Origin: Myxococcota bacterium
GTDB taxonomy: Bacteria > Myxococcota_A > Polyangia > Polyangiales > Houyiibacteriaceae
Length of the DNA stretch: 60,857 bases
Direction of reading: 5' to 3'
Assembly: GCA_039186435.1 (NCBI GenBank)
Contig: JBCDAA010000003.1
Location: forward strand, 1-60,857
Of the stretch, positions 1 through 9,057 are shown piece by piece. A program made the position numbers and the translations under genes. Each line of letters starts with the position of its first letter. Position 1 is the first letter of the stretch. Under the pieces are notes generated by a model. The model saw nothing but the letters and a program-made list of their open reading frames with translations. It did not search any database and was not told where the DNA came from.

Positions 1-1
1 C

Positions 2-166
2 GCGGTGAAGTTGATGGTTCGCCACAAACTGACCCGAATCGAACAGTTCGGGCTGGACCTGCGTGACACCGACCAGGTGAAAGCGATTCTCGCCAGTGCC
101 CCAGGAGAGGTCGTGGACGCGTTCCGCTCGACCTTTGCCCCGGTCATGGCGGGACTCGGCCTCTGA
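2..166 (+). CDS. 3' end of a hypothetical protein (partial, begins upstream of the window)
   Basis: Frame 2 is open from the window edge (AVKLMVRHKLTRIEQFGLDLRD...MAGLGL) to TGA at 164-166, with GC3-rich codons. Confidence 0.45.
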   Translation, partial: AVKLMVRHKLTRIEQFGLDLRDTDQVKAILASAPGEVVDAFRSTFAPVMAGLGL

Positions 167-360
167 GACCGCCCGTCGCGAGCTTGGTGCCTGGCAGCTG
201 GCCCAGGCACCGAGCACCGCTCAGCCGCCGGCAGAGCAATTTTGGCGCGATCTGTCCGAAGGGCGCGGTGTGTTCGGGATCGCGCGCGAAAAGAGAGGAT
301 CACTTTGCGACACCGTGACGAGATCAGCCGTCCCGGCGCATTGACGCGCGGCACAAACGA

Positions 361-1143
361 ATGAAACCGATGCATTCACAATTGCTTGTCCGAAACCTCC
401 ATTCAGCGGGCCTTGCAGTCCTCACCTTCGCTTCGTCCGTAGCCGTTGCTCAGCCCATGCACGCCGAGCTCGACGAACATGCGGACTACAATGTTGACGA
501 GGCCCGAGCCCTCCTTCAGGCGGGAACCGCGGCGTACAACGACGGGCGTTTCGCGGATGCAGAAGCCCACTTCCGAGCCTGCTTCGTCGTGAGCGGGCAG
601 GGTGAGCTCCTCTTCAACATCGCGATTTCCGCCGATCAGGCACGCCACAACCGCGACGCGTTGGCTGCGTATCGTGATTTCGCGGCCCGCTACCCGGACC
701 ATTCGGTGATTCGACGGGTCCGAACTCGAATAGCCGCCCTCGAGGAGCTCGAAAATGGGCCGCCAAACGTGGATGCCACCCCCGAAACCATCGACGAGGA
801 GTCAGAGCAGTCCGAACCCGAACGAGGCCAGGAGGAACCGAGAGGCATCGAAACGGGGATCGCGTTGATCGCGATCGGCGTTGCATCCCTTGGCGCGGGT
901 GGAGTGTTGATCGGCTTGGGAGCGCGCGACGCATCAACGGTCGAAGACGCCGAGGATGGAACTCCGTTCAACGCGGTCCGTTCGGAATACGACCGAAGTG
1001 GCCGCCGCACGATCTCGGGGGTTGTTGCGGGCGCCGTTGGCGTGATCGTGCTGGCCATCGGAATCGCGGTCACCCGAGGATCCCGGGACGAACCCAGGCT
1101 CCGTGTGGGACTGGGGCGAGTCACCTTCGAAGGCAGGTTCTAG
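361..1143 (+). CDS. Secreted TPR protein with C-terminal hydrophobic segments (myxobacterial type)
   Basis: Signal peptide (AVA|Q), TPR-like ARALLQAGTAAYNDGRFADAEAHF...LLFNIA, two Gly-rich hydrophobic helices, and a terminal GRF. The stop overlaps the next start. Confidence 0.75.
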   Translation: MKPMHSQLLVRNLHSAGLAVLTFASSVAVAQPMHAELDEHADYNVDEARALLQAGTAAYNDGRFADAEAHFRACFVVSGQGELLFNIAISADQARHNRDALAAYRDFAARYPDHSVIRRVRTRIAALEELENGPPNVDATPETIDEESEQSEPERGQEEPRGIETGIALIAIGVASLGAGGVLIGLGARDASTVEDAEDGTPFNAVRSEYDRSGRRTISGVVAGAVGVIVLAIGIAVTRGSRDEPRLRVGLGRVTFEGRF

Positions 1144-2645
1144 TGCGCGGGAAACTGCTCTCGCTGGCCGTGCTCTCCCTTGCGTGCGGCGCCGATCTTC
1201 CCGAGGGACGCTTCCTCTGCGAGAGCGCCGAAAACTGTCCCAACAACTGGGTCTGCATTGACGCGCGCTGTTACTCGTCGCCCTTCGTGCCCCGGCGGGA
1301 TGCGTCGAGGACGGATGCTGGCATCGACGCCCCCGAGGACGTCGGTGTGGATGTCCGACGTGATGCCGCTTTCGTCCCGGAAAACACGGTCGCGCTCTGT
1401 TCCGACGAGCGCGACAACGACGGCGACGGCCGAGTGGATTGCGCCGACGACGATTGTTGCCGTGTCCGCTTCGAGGAGTGCGACGCGTGCCGCATGCGAT
1501 GCCCGGACTTTTCCGCTCGCGAGGAGGTCGTCGTGACCGAGTCCCGAATTGCGGAAGACACCACGTGGGACTGCTTTCACGACTACGTTCTCGATGCGCT
1601 TGTCGTCGTCGACGAGGCTACACTCACCATCGAAGCGGGGACTCGAATTCGCGCGCGTTCCTTTTCGGGACTCATCGTGACGCGGGGCGCACGTCTCACG
1701 GCCGTCGGGCAAGCGACGCGCCCTATCGTGTTTACCTCGGCGAGCGAGGACCCTGAACCGGGCGATTGGTTTGGCGTTTATCTTGCGGGCAACGCAATCA
1801 CGAGTCGCGGGCCAGACCAGCGGCCGGACGGAACCGGCGACGAGTTTCTCTTTGGGGGCGGCGACGACCGTCACAACTGCGGCAGGCTTTCCTTCGTGCG
1901 CGTTGAGTTTGCGGGGGGTGACAGTGGGCCAGACGGGCTGGATCTCGGTGCGCTCATGCTGATGGGGTGTGGCGATGAGACAAGCGTCGACCACGTGCAG
2001 GTTCATCGGAGCAAGGACGACGGACTGGCGATATTTGGCGGTACCGTCAACGTGCGCGAAGTCCTCGTGACTCACGCCGCGGACGACGGTTTGGATTGGG
2101 AGCGCGGATGGCGCGGCGTCGGAGAGCGGATCGCGATTTGGCAGGACCCGGGGGGTGGAAACGCTGCGATCGAAGGTTCGAATAACGACCCCTCCGGAAT
2201 TCGCGACGCGGAACCCCGTTCCAATCCGGAACTCTGGTACGTGACGACCTTCGGAGGACGGGTGAGCATCCGCCTGGCGGATGGAACCTTTGCGGCGCTT
2301 CGCAACTCGGTTCTTCACTCCGGCAGGGAGCGCTGCGTCGAGCTCGCGGCAGAGCTGGAGGACAGTGTTATGGCTGGTGATATCGCGGTCACAAACAGCA
2401 TCGTTCATGGGTGCCCCGAGCCGTACGCGCCGGCTGGCGTTGCAGCGGCGTTTTCGGCGCCGGCCGCAGCCAACGAGTCCGAGGACCCGGGCATCGACGG
2501 GATCGACGATGCGGAATCTCCCCGGTGGCTGCCGGATGTTTCTGTGACGCGAAGCGTCCCGCAAGCGGCAGCGCCGACTCCGCAGCTCTCAGTGGGCGCG
2601 TTTGACGAGGATAATTGGACGGCGGGCTGGGTCGCCTATCCCTGA
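1143..2645 (+). CDS. Lipoprotein with a Cys-rich N-terminus and a parallel beta-helix-like domain
   Basis: Lipobox SLAC, DNDGDGRVDCADDDC motif, LTIEAGT..GLIVTRGARL..G...PIVFTS...PGDWFG, DDGL repeats, and C-terminal NWTAGW. Confidence 0.75.
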   Translation: MRGKLLSLAVLSLACGADLPEGRFLCESAENCPNNWVCIDARCYSSPFVPRRDASRTDAGIDAPEDVGVDVRRDAAFVPENTVALCSDERDNDGDGRVDCADDDCCRVRFEECDACRMRCPDFSAREEVVVTESRIAEDTTWDCFHDYVLDALVVVDEATLTIEAGTRIRARSFSGLIVTRGARLTAVGQATRPIVFTSASEDPEPGDWFGVYLAGNAITSRGPDQRPDGTGDEFLFGGGDDRHNCGRLSFVRVEFAGGDSGPDGLDLGALMLMGCGDETSVDHVQVHRSKDDGLAIFGGTVNVREVLVTHAADDGLDWERGWRGVGERIAIWQDPGGGNAAIEGSNNDPSGIRDAEPRSNPELWYVTTFGGRVSIRLADGTFAALRNSVLHSGRERCVELAAELEDSVMAGDIAVTNSIVHGCPEPYAPAGVAAAFSAPAAANESEDPGIDGIDDAESPRWLPDVSVTRSVPQAAAPTPQLSVGAFDEDNWTAGWVAYP

Positions 2646-2827
2646 GTCCTTGCGACCGACGGGAAGGTCGCCCTCGGAGAACCTGTCTACGGCGGTTCGA
2701 CGCGACCTCAACGGCATTCGGTCGAATGGCACGAACTGCCCCGAGTTCGGCGCGTGCCGTCAACCTCGGTTGCTGTATCGGTTGGTAGGTTGAAGGCACG
2801 GTTTGAGCCGAAGGGAGCGAACCACGA

Positions 2828-4861
2828 ATGCGGAGGACAGCGGTGCGATGGATGGCCTGGATCGTCCCCTTGGTTGCGAGCGTCGCGTCGGCGCAAAGTG
2901 ACAACGCGATGGTCGACGCAGTGATTCGCGGCGCGGCAGAGTCTCAGTCGATCGCGCGCTGGGAAGCGCACCTGGACGACAGCCGCTCCAGCCGTACCCT
3001 GCGGCAGGCGTTCGAATACGGTCGCAACCGCGAGGCGGAGTCCGCCGTATTCAATCTTGCGCAGGGGCGCGATCTCACCGTCCAGAACGAATGGCTACGC
3101 AGCTATCTCGCGGAAACGGGCGGGGTTAACCATCACCTTCGCTACCTTCTTTGGCTTTTTGGTACCGCGAGCGGCCAGTTTCCCGGGCGGCTCGAGGAGG
3201 ACGTTGAAGTCGAGATCCTGGAGCGTGCGTTTGGAGAAGTCGAACGCGAGGCGCCAACGACGACGGCTCTCGAGGAGACGTTGCGTACTCCTGAATCGCA
3301 GCGCGTCATGGGCCTCCATAACCTCACCACGCGATCGACGGCCAAGATCTATTTGTTGCTCCAGTCTCTGGCCGGCCATCCTCGCTTTTGGGACCGCACG
3401 TTTCGCGAAGGCGACACCTGCGAAGCTCGGTTTGGCGCGTGGACCCAGGTTTGGCGGCGAGGGATTTCTGAGCTTGCCCGCTACGGAATGTTCACCGAGC
3501 TCGCGAGCGGACACTACGAGCACAGGACGTACTTCGGCCTCTTCAATCTCGCCGATTTTGCGACGGATGCGCTGTTGCGTCAGCGAATGCACATGTTTCT
3601 CGACGTTGCGTTCATCGACATCGCTGAGTTCTCGCTCTACCTGGGAACGGGCGCCAATCACGCCCGAGGCGGGCACAAGTCGCGCGCAAAGAGTGGTGGG
3701 ATGGGCTCCAGTTTCGAAGGCGGGCTCAAGCAGCTCTACGGTGAGATATGGATGCTGGAGCCCCCTGGCATGAATACCTGGCGGCCTCCGGTGCCCGCGA
3801 TCCTCCTGCGGCATCGCCACGAACGTCCAGTACCCATCTACGAGATCGCGAATCGCCACCCGAGCGAATATGACAACCGGTTGCGATCCCGCCGCTACAA
3901 CTATGCGTTCGTGACGCCCGTGTACGTCATGGGTGCCAGCCTCTTCGACCCCAACGTCTTCAACAGCCCAAGGTTGAACCGCGGCTCTTTTGGGGCGTGG
4001 AGCGGCGTGATCACGCGAGACCCAGACGGGGGTCATCGGCGTGGCGTGTACCTCGACCCCGATTACTCCGAAGGATCCGGATACCACGGGAGCGAGCGAT
4101 GGTACGTCCAGGATCGCGACGTCATGATCGCGCAGCGATGGAGAGGGGGCTTCTACCAGGGGCACTCTCGTATCGATTTTCGGGAGGGGTTTGAGCTCGT
4201 CGAGCGAGACGGCTGGATCTTCTGCAACAACGAAGACGAGGCGTACATTGCTGTACGGGTGGCCCGAGGTGGCTACGACTGGCTCACGCCGAATCAGCGC
4301 CTTGAGATGAACGACGAAGACTCGCCGATCATCTTTCAGACGGGACGCGCGGTCGAGTACGGTGCGTTCGAGGACTTTCAGGACGAGGTTCTCGCGGCGC
4401 CGATCCGCATGGACGACGAGAGCCTCGTATACACCGGGCCAAACAGTCCAACGATCGAGTTCTTTCTTTCGGTCGACCCGTACCGGATGCCGACGATCGA
4501 CGGGGAACCGGTCCAGGTCGATCGCGAAAGCAACTACGACAGCCCATACCTCCAAGGCCGCGCGGGCAGCTGCATCGTCACCGCGCTCTACGGCGAGCGG
4601 CGGTGGGAGTATGACTTCTGTGAGACAACGATGCGCGAGGTCGACCCGACTCTGGTGGACGCGGGCCCTTCCTTCGATGGAGGGAGCGAGAGCGACGCGG
4701 GCCTGGGCACTGACTCCGGCGCCGGAGATCACGACGCGGGCCAGTCTGATATGGACACGGATCCTGATCGCGCAGCTGGAGGTGGGTGCGCTGCTGCGGG
4801 AGGCTCGTCGCACTCTCTCGCCCTCCTCTGCGTTTGGGTGTTGGCCCGGCGTCGTCGCTAG
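2828..4861 (+). CDS. Secreted protein with a MYXO-CTERM-like sorting tail
   Basis: Signal peptide (ASA|Q), a D/G-rich linker, then GGGCAAAGGSSHSLALLCVWVLARRRR (Gly-Cys, TM helix, basic tail). Confidence 0.75.
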   Translation: MRRTAVRWMAWIVPLVASVASAQSDNAMVDAVIRGAAESQSIARWEAHLDDSRSSRTLRQAFEYGRNREAESAVFNLAQGRDLTVQNEWLRSYLAETGGVNHHLRYLLWLFGTASGQFPGRLEEDVEVEILERAFGEVEREAPTTTALEETLRTPESQRVMGLHNLTTRSTAKIYLLLQSLAGHPRFWDRTFREGDTCEARFGAWTQVWRRGISELARYGMFTELASGHYEHRTYFGLFNLADFATDALLRQRMHMFLDVAFIDIAEFSLYLGTGANHARGGHKSRAKSGGMGSSFEGGLKQLYGEIWMLEPPGMNTWRPPVPAILLRHRHERPVPIYEIANRHPSEYDNRLRSRRYNYAFVTPVYVMGASLFDPNVFNSPRLNRGSFGAWSGVITRDPDGGHRRGVYLDPDYSEGSGYHGSERWYVQDRDVMIAQRWRGGFYQGHSRIDFREGFELVERDGWIFCNNEDEAYIAVRVARGGYDWLTPNQRLEMNDEDSPIIFQTGRAVEYGAFEDFQDEVLAAPIRMDDESLVYTGPNSPTIEFFLSVDPYRMPTIDGEPVQVDRESNYDSPYLQGRAGSCIVTALYGERRWEYDFCETTMREVDPTLVDAGPSFDGGSESDAGLGTDSGAGDHDAGQSDMDTDPDRAAGGGCAAAGGSSHSLALLCVWVLARRRR

Positions 4862-5706
4862 CGCGCTCGCACCGCCGTCGGACGAACTCGATCGCCGTCG
4901 CTGCGAAGCACGATGATTTGGTGCTCGCCTAGTTGGCCGCGGCGCGTCCCCGCGGAAGGTTCGCGCCCCCAGGGGCCGATCTGCGTGACGTCGCGTTCCA
5001 TGATTTGGTTTCCGTTCGCGTAGAAGGCGAGAATCCGTTCGCCGCTTCGGGCGAGATGAACATTGGTGATCGCGCCCGCCGCGCTGGCCCAGTCCGGATG
5101 TTGCTGGGGACGTCCCGCCGGCGTGGTCGACACCATGCTGAGGCGCATGCCTCGCCCGTTGCCGGGATAGATGAGGGCCAAATGATATCCCTCGCCGTTC
5201 CAAATCGCGTCCGCGAGGCCCCACGGAATCGCGACTTCGCGGGCGGGTTCGCGCAGCACTCCTTCCGCGGAAAAGCGCGCGAGATAGGTGTGCGCGGCGC
5301 TGGGGTCGTTGGTCTGAACCTCCTGAAAGAACACCGCGAATCCATCGGGCAGGGGGGTTGCGACCACCGAAAAGGGCACGTGGGATTGCCCCGAGGGCCG
5401 CGCGAGCGTGACTTCCTCGCCGACCTCATCCCGTCGAACGACGCGCACGCGAAAGGGCTCTTCGTCGTCGGTCACGTAGGCGACGAGCCCAACCCCGTGG
5501 CCCTGAACGATCGTGGCGATTCCCTGCCCTCGAAAGAGCTCGGTGCTCTGGCGTCCCCGTCGAACTCGTCCGAGGCCTTCGCCGAAGTGGGTCTCGACGG
5601 AGACCGTCTGTCCGTCGAGGCGAATTCCGCGGGTTTCGATAGGGCTGGGTTGCGCGTTGGCGGTGGAAATCGACAACACGCCGAGGATTGCGAGCGTTCG
5701 AAGCAT
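4858..5706 (-). CDS. Hypothetical secreted protein
   Basis: RBS GAGGAGG, signal peptide MLRTLAILGVLSISTANA|Q, and a beta-rich globular sequence. Confidence 0.7.
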   Translation of the reverse strand: MLRTLAILGVLSISTANAQPSPIETRGIRLDGQTVSVETHFGEGLGRVRRGRQSTELFRGQGIATIVQGHGVGLVAYVTDDEEPFRVRVVRRDEVGEEVTLARPSGQSHVPFSVVATPLPDGFAVFFQEVQTNDPSAAHTYLARFSAEGVLREPAREVAIPWGLADAIWNGEGYHLALIYPGNGRGMRLSMVSTTPAGRPQQHPDWASAAGAITNVHLARSGERILAFYANGNQIMERDVTQIGPWGREPSAGTRRGQLGEHQIIVLRSDGDRVRPTAVRAR

Positions 5707-5763
5707 GGGGCCTCCTCACGCGGTGGGCACGAGCCACCGTTTTGTGACCGAGTTTTTTTGGGT

Positions 5764-6357
5764 CTAGAACCGGAGGGTGGTTGGCCGGGTCTGCTCGTCG
5801 CAGGGAACCAGCACGGCCCGGCGAGGTCGCCAGCGGATCCGGCAGGTGTTCCAGGCGTCCGGTCGCTCGTAGACGCGGGTTTCCCGGCCCGTCGCAAGGT
5901 CGGTAAGAGACACGCGGTTGCTGAAGCCCGGCGCGGTGAACGTCGGAACGGAGAGCGCGTAGCGGCCGTCGGGCGAAACCGAGTGCGTGCCGAGCGTGGA
6001 AAGCTGGTGACCGTAAGGAGTGAAGAGCGGCGCGGTCGTGCAGTCGCTTCCGCAACTCCACGAAGCGAGAATGTTGTGGCCCGCGACGAAGCGCACTTGA
6101 AGGCTCGTCCTGCTGACGCTGCCGCCGGGGTTCGGGTCGATTCGAGCGATGATCTCACCCCGGCGCCGAACGACGATCGCGACGTGATGCGATCCTTTGG
6201 GAAGGACTTCGAGGGAGTAGACCCCGCTTCGCCGGGGCTGCGCTGCGCTCGGCGTTGCGCTCATCAACATGCACGCGAGTCCACTCACCCACATCCGCGT
6301 CCACGTCCACGTCCACGTCCACGTCCACGTCCACGACGTCCACCCCCACACACGCAT
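5764..6357 (-). CDS. Hypothetical secreted protein (start uncertain: 6357 or 6294)
   Basis: Signal-like MWVSGLACMLMSATPSAA|Q and a WSCGSDC motif. The longer start includes the hexamer repeat, read as WT repeats. Confidence 0.55.
   Translation of the reverse strand: MRVWGWTSWTWTWTWTWTWTRMWVSGLACMLMSATPSAAQPRRSGVYSLEVLPKGSHHVAIVVRRRGEIIARIDPNPGGSVSRTSLQVRFVAGHNILASWSCGSDCTTAPLFTPYGHQLSTLGTHSVSPDGRYALSVPTFTAPGFSNRVSLTDLATGRETRVYERPDAWNTCRIRWRPRRAVLVPCDEQTRPTTLRF
6299..6343. repeat. (GTCCAC)n hexanucleotide tandem repeat
   Basis: Six perfect GTCCAC units at 6299-6334, then GAC, then one more unit at 6338-6343. Confidence 0.9.
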
Positions 6358-6732
6358 GCGGCGCGAACGTATCGAGCGCGTTGCGCTATTCCCTCGCCTC
6401 GCGATCGCGAAGCAGCATTCGAATCGTCAGGTCCGCTTCGCAACGCGCGAGGCTCACCACTGCGAGCTCGAGATCGGGGTGGCTTCGCTGAGGGGGCGCG
6501 AGAACCGGGGCGAGGGCACATCACTCCACACCATCGCTGCCCTCTGGAGTGCACGTTTCGATTCGCAATGCTGCTTTGCGGCCATCGAACACTGCCATCG
6601 AACACTGCCTTTCGGGCTGCGCCGAGGACCCGATGAGCGGGCCCTGTCTTGCTTATCGATGCGGCGGGAACTCGGCTGGCGCGAACTGCGTCGGTGATTT
6701 TGAAGTCTGCGCCGGACTGCTGAGTCCGCTCT

Positions 6733-8454
6733 GTGAGGCGTCGATCCCTAGGGGAGGTCGGTGCTACCCTACGACCGTTGCGCGGGGTGGTTTACGGTGG
6801 GTTGCTGCTGCTCGTCGGGTGTGTCGATGCAGCAACGCAGCTGGATGCGGTGACGGCGGACGAAGGGTCCGAGCCGTGGTCGCTGGAGCATGCCCGAGCG
6901 GAGCTGGCGAGCGGAACGCCCTCGACGTCATCGAGCTTCGGTTTTCGCCGCGGTCCGATTTGGCTTCGCGCGAGGGCAGACGCACCTGGCGTTCTTGAGG
7001 TTGGGCTTCCGCAGCTCGATCAGCTGGATGTCTATGTTGGCGATGCGCACTATCGCTTTGGCGATCACTTTCCGTTTTCCGCGCGGCCGCTGCGACAGCC
7101 CTTTTACGCGGTGCCCATCGATGCGCCCGGTGAGGTGATCGTTCGAGCTCAGTCCACCGGCGCGCTGGCGGTTCCGCTGCGTTTGTGGGCCCCCGACGAC
7201 TTCGACGCCTACGCGTCCGATCTTCACGTCGGGCTTGGTGCCTACTACGCGTTTCTTTTCGCGCTCGCATTCTACAACCTCTTTCTCTTCGCGTCGCTGA
7301 GGCTTCGTGCGTACGGATATTACTTCGGGTGGATCGCGGGCGTTGCCCTCTCGCAGGCGAGCTTCATGGGTCACACCGCGATGTACCTTTGGCCCAACTC
7401 GCCGGTGCTCGCCGATGCGATGCCGGCGGTCGCGGTCGCGCTCTCCGCGGCGTCGGGTTGCCTCTTCGTCGACGCGATGCTGGACGCCCGAAGACTCTCG
7501 CGGCGTGCTTCGCTCGCCCTTCGGGGCACCGCGGCGGTGCTCTTCGCGATCGCGGTGCTTCTCTTCGTCGACTACGGCGCCGTCATTCTTGCGCTGCCCA
7601 TCGCCGGGTTCACTTCAATGGCGGTGATCATCACGGCGGTGGTAGTGGGCGTTCGGGCCCGCAACCGGGCGGCGTATTTCCTCGCGTTTGGCGCGCTGAG
7701 TTTCTTGCCCTTCTATTTTCTCTTCGCGCTGGCGAACCAGGGCGTTCTGCAGACCAGCTTTCTCACGTTGCACGCGTTCAAAATTGGAACATGCATCGAG
7801 GCGCTGATCCTCGCCTTCGCCCTGGCCGATCGAGTGCGCGTTCTCGAGGGTGAAAAACTCGAGGCGCAGCGCGCGCTCTCCGTTGGTCTACTTCAAGCGC
7901 AGGATGAGGAGCGCCGAAGGATTGCCCGCGAGCTTCACGACGGGGTGGGGCAGGAGCTCAGCGTTCTTGCCGGGGAGCTCGGAGGGAGCTCCGCGGAGGC
8001 GGCGCGGCATTGCATCGACGATCTTCGTCGGCTGTCTCACGACCTCCATCCCGATCGCTTGGAGCGTCTCGGTCTCCGGGCGGCTTGTGAGCGCGCTGTA
8101 GAGACGACGCTCGATGCGTCCGGACTCGAGTACGATCATGAGCTCGAAGATGTCGATTCGCTCTTGTCTGACGCGCAGGCGCTGCATGTGTATCGAATCC
8201 TCCAGGAGGCTTTGCGAAACGTGGTGCAACACGCGGAGGCGTCCCTCGCGAGAGTCCGCCTCGGGCGACGCGCGGAGACGCTCGAGCTGATCGTGGAAGA
8301 CGATGGATTGGGTATCGACGCGGGGAGCGCGGACGGCCTCGGGCTCTCGTCGATGCGTGAGCGAGCCCGCGCTGCGGGAGGACGGCTGACCCTTGCGCAA
8401 AGGGAAGGTGGCGGGACGCGGGTGGTGATGAAGATTCCGGTGACCCACGCATGA
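6733..8454 (+). CDS. 7TM-DISM sensor histidine kinase (HisKA_3 / NarX-like)
   Basis: DISMED2-like extracellular region (GDHFPFSARP), about 7 TM helices, H-box ERRRIARELHDGVGQ, EALRNVVQHA, DDGLG, and GLGLSSMRER. Exact start uncertain. Confidence 0.9.
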   Translation: MRRRSLGEVGATLRPLRGVVYGGLLLLVGCVDAATQLDAVTADEGSEPWSLEHARAELASGTPSTSSSFGFRRGPIWLRARADAPGVLEVGLPQLDQLDVYVGDAHYRFGDHFPFSARPLRQPFYAVPIDAPGEVIVRAQSTGALAVPLRLWAPDDFDAYASDLHVGLGAYYAFLFALAFYNLFLFASLRLRAYGYYFGWIAGVALSQASFMGHTAMYLWPNSPVLADAMPAVAVALSAASGCLFVDAMLDARRLSRRASLALRGTAAVLFAIAVLLFVDYGAVILALPIAGFTSMAVIITAVVVGVRARNRAAYFLAFGALSFLPFYFLFALANQGVLQTSFLTLHAFKIGTCIEALILAFALADRVRVLEGEKLEAQRALSVGLLQAQDEERRRIARELHDGVGQELSVLAGELGGSSAEAARHCIDDLRRLSHDLHPDRLERLGLRAACERAVETTLDASGLEYDHELEDVDSLLSDAQALHVYRILQEALRNVVQHAEASLARVRLGRRAETLELIVEDDGLGIDAGSADGLGLSSMRERARAAGGRLTLAQREGGGTRVVMKIPVTHA

Positions 8455-9035
8455 AGCGCGTCCTCCTCGCCGATGACCATCCAATCGTGCGCCACGGACT
8501 CCGAAGCGTGATCGCGGAAACGGCCGACATGCGCGTCGCCGTTGAGGTGGAGCGCGGCGACGAGGTCCTCAGGGGCCTCGCGGGGATCGATGTCGCGGTT
8601 CTCGACATCTCGATTCCGGGAAAAGGCGGACTGACCCTCTTGAAGGAATGGCCGATAGATGGGCCGCCGGTGGTGATGCTGACGATGCATCACGACTATG
8701 TGCGCGCGGCGCTCGAACTTGGCGCGCGCGGATATCTCGTAAAGGAAGACGCGACCGCTGAGATCGTCGACTGCCTACGAAGCGTTCTCGCAGGGGAGGT
8801 CTACGTCAGCCAAAGCGTTCGACAGCCGGCCGCGAGCCTTGCGGACCTCACAGAAGCAGAACGACGCGTTCTCCGGCTTGTGGCCAAACACCAAACCAGT
8901 CGCGAGATCGCCGACGCGCTCGGGATTCAACTGCGGACCGTGCAGAACCATCGCGCCAATGTGGTCGCCAAGCTTGGGCTTCGGGGACCGGGGGCCCTCT
9001 TGCAGTTTGTGCTCGCCCACGAGCACGAGCTCTAA
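8451..9035 (+). CDS. NarL/LuxR-family response regulator
   Basis: LADDHPIVR, LDISIPG, GYLVKE, and a LuxR HTH (LTEAE...TVQNHRANV). ATGA overlap with the kinase. Confidence 0.93.
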   Translation: MKRVLLADDHPIVRHGLRSVIAETADMRVAVEVERGDEVLRGLAGIDVAVLDISIPGKGGLTLLKEWPIDGPPVVMLTMHHDYVRAALELGARGYLVKEDATAEIVDCLRSVLAGEVYVSQSVRQPAASLADLTEAERRVLRLVAKHQTSREIADALGIQLRTVQNHRANVVAKLGLRGPGALLQFVLAHEHEL

Positions 9036-9057
9036 GCGGAGTTCAAAGGAAGCGCGG

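Noticed and set aside
96-344. 82-aa ORF
   Set aside because: Overlaps the end of a more plausible frame-2 partial CDS and has Arg/Pro-rich non-coding-like composition.
2726-2808. Sigma-54 promoter upstream of 2828
   Set aside because: TGGCACG at 2727 has the wrong spacing to GC, and the second candidate near 2794 lacks TTGC.
6269-6697. ORF with (HV)n as a second His-rich precursor
   Set aside because: It is one reading of the GTCCAC microsatellite with invariant codons, has no nearby maturase, and overlaps the opposite-strand gene.
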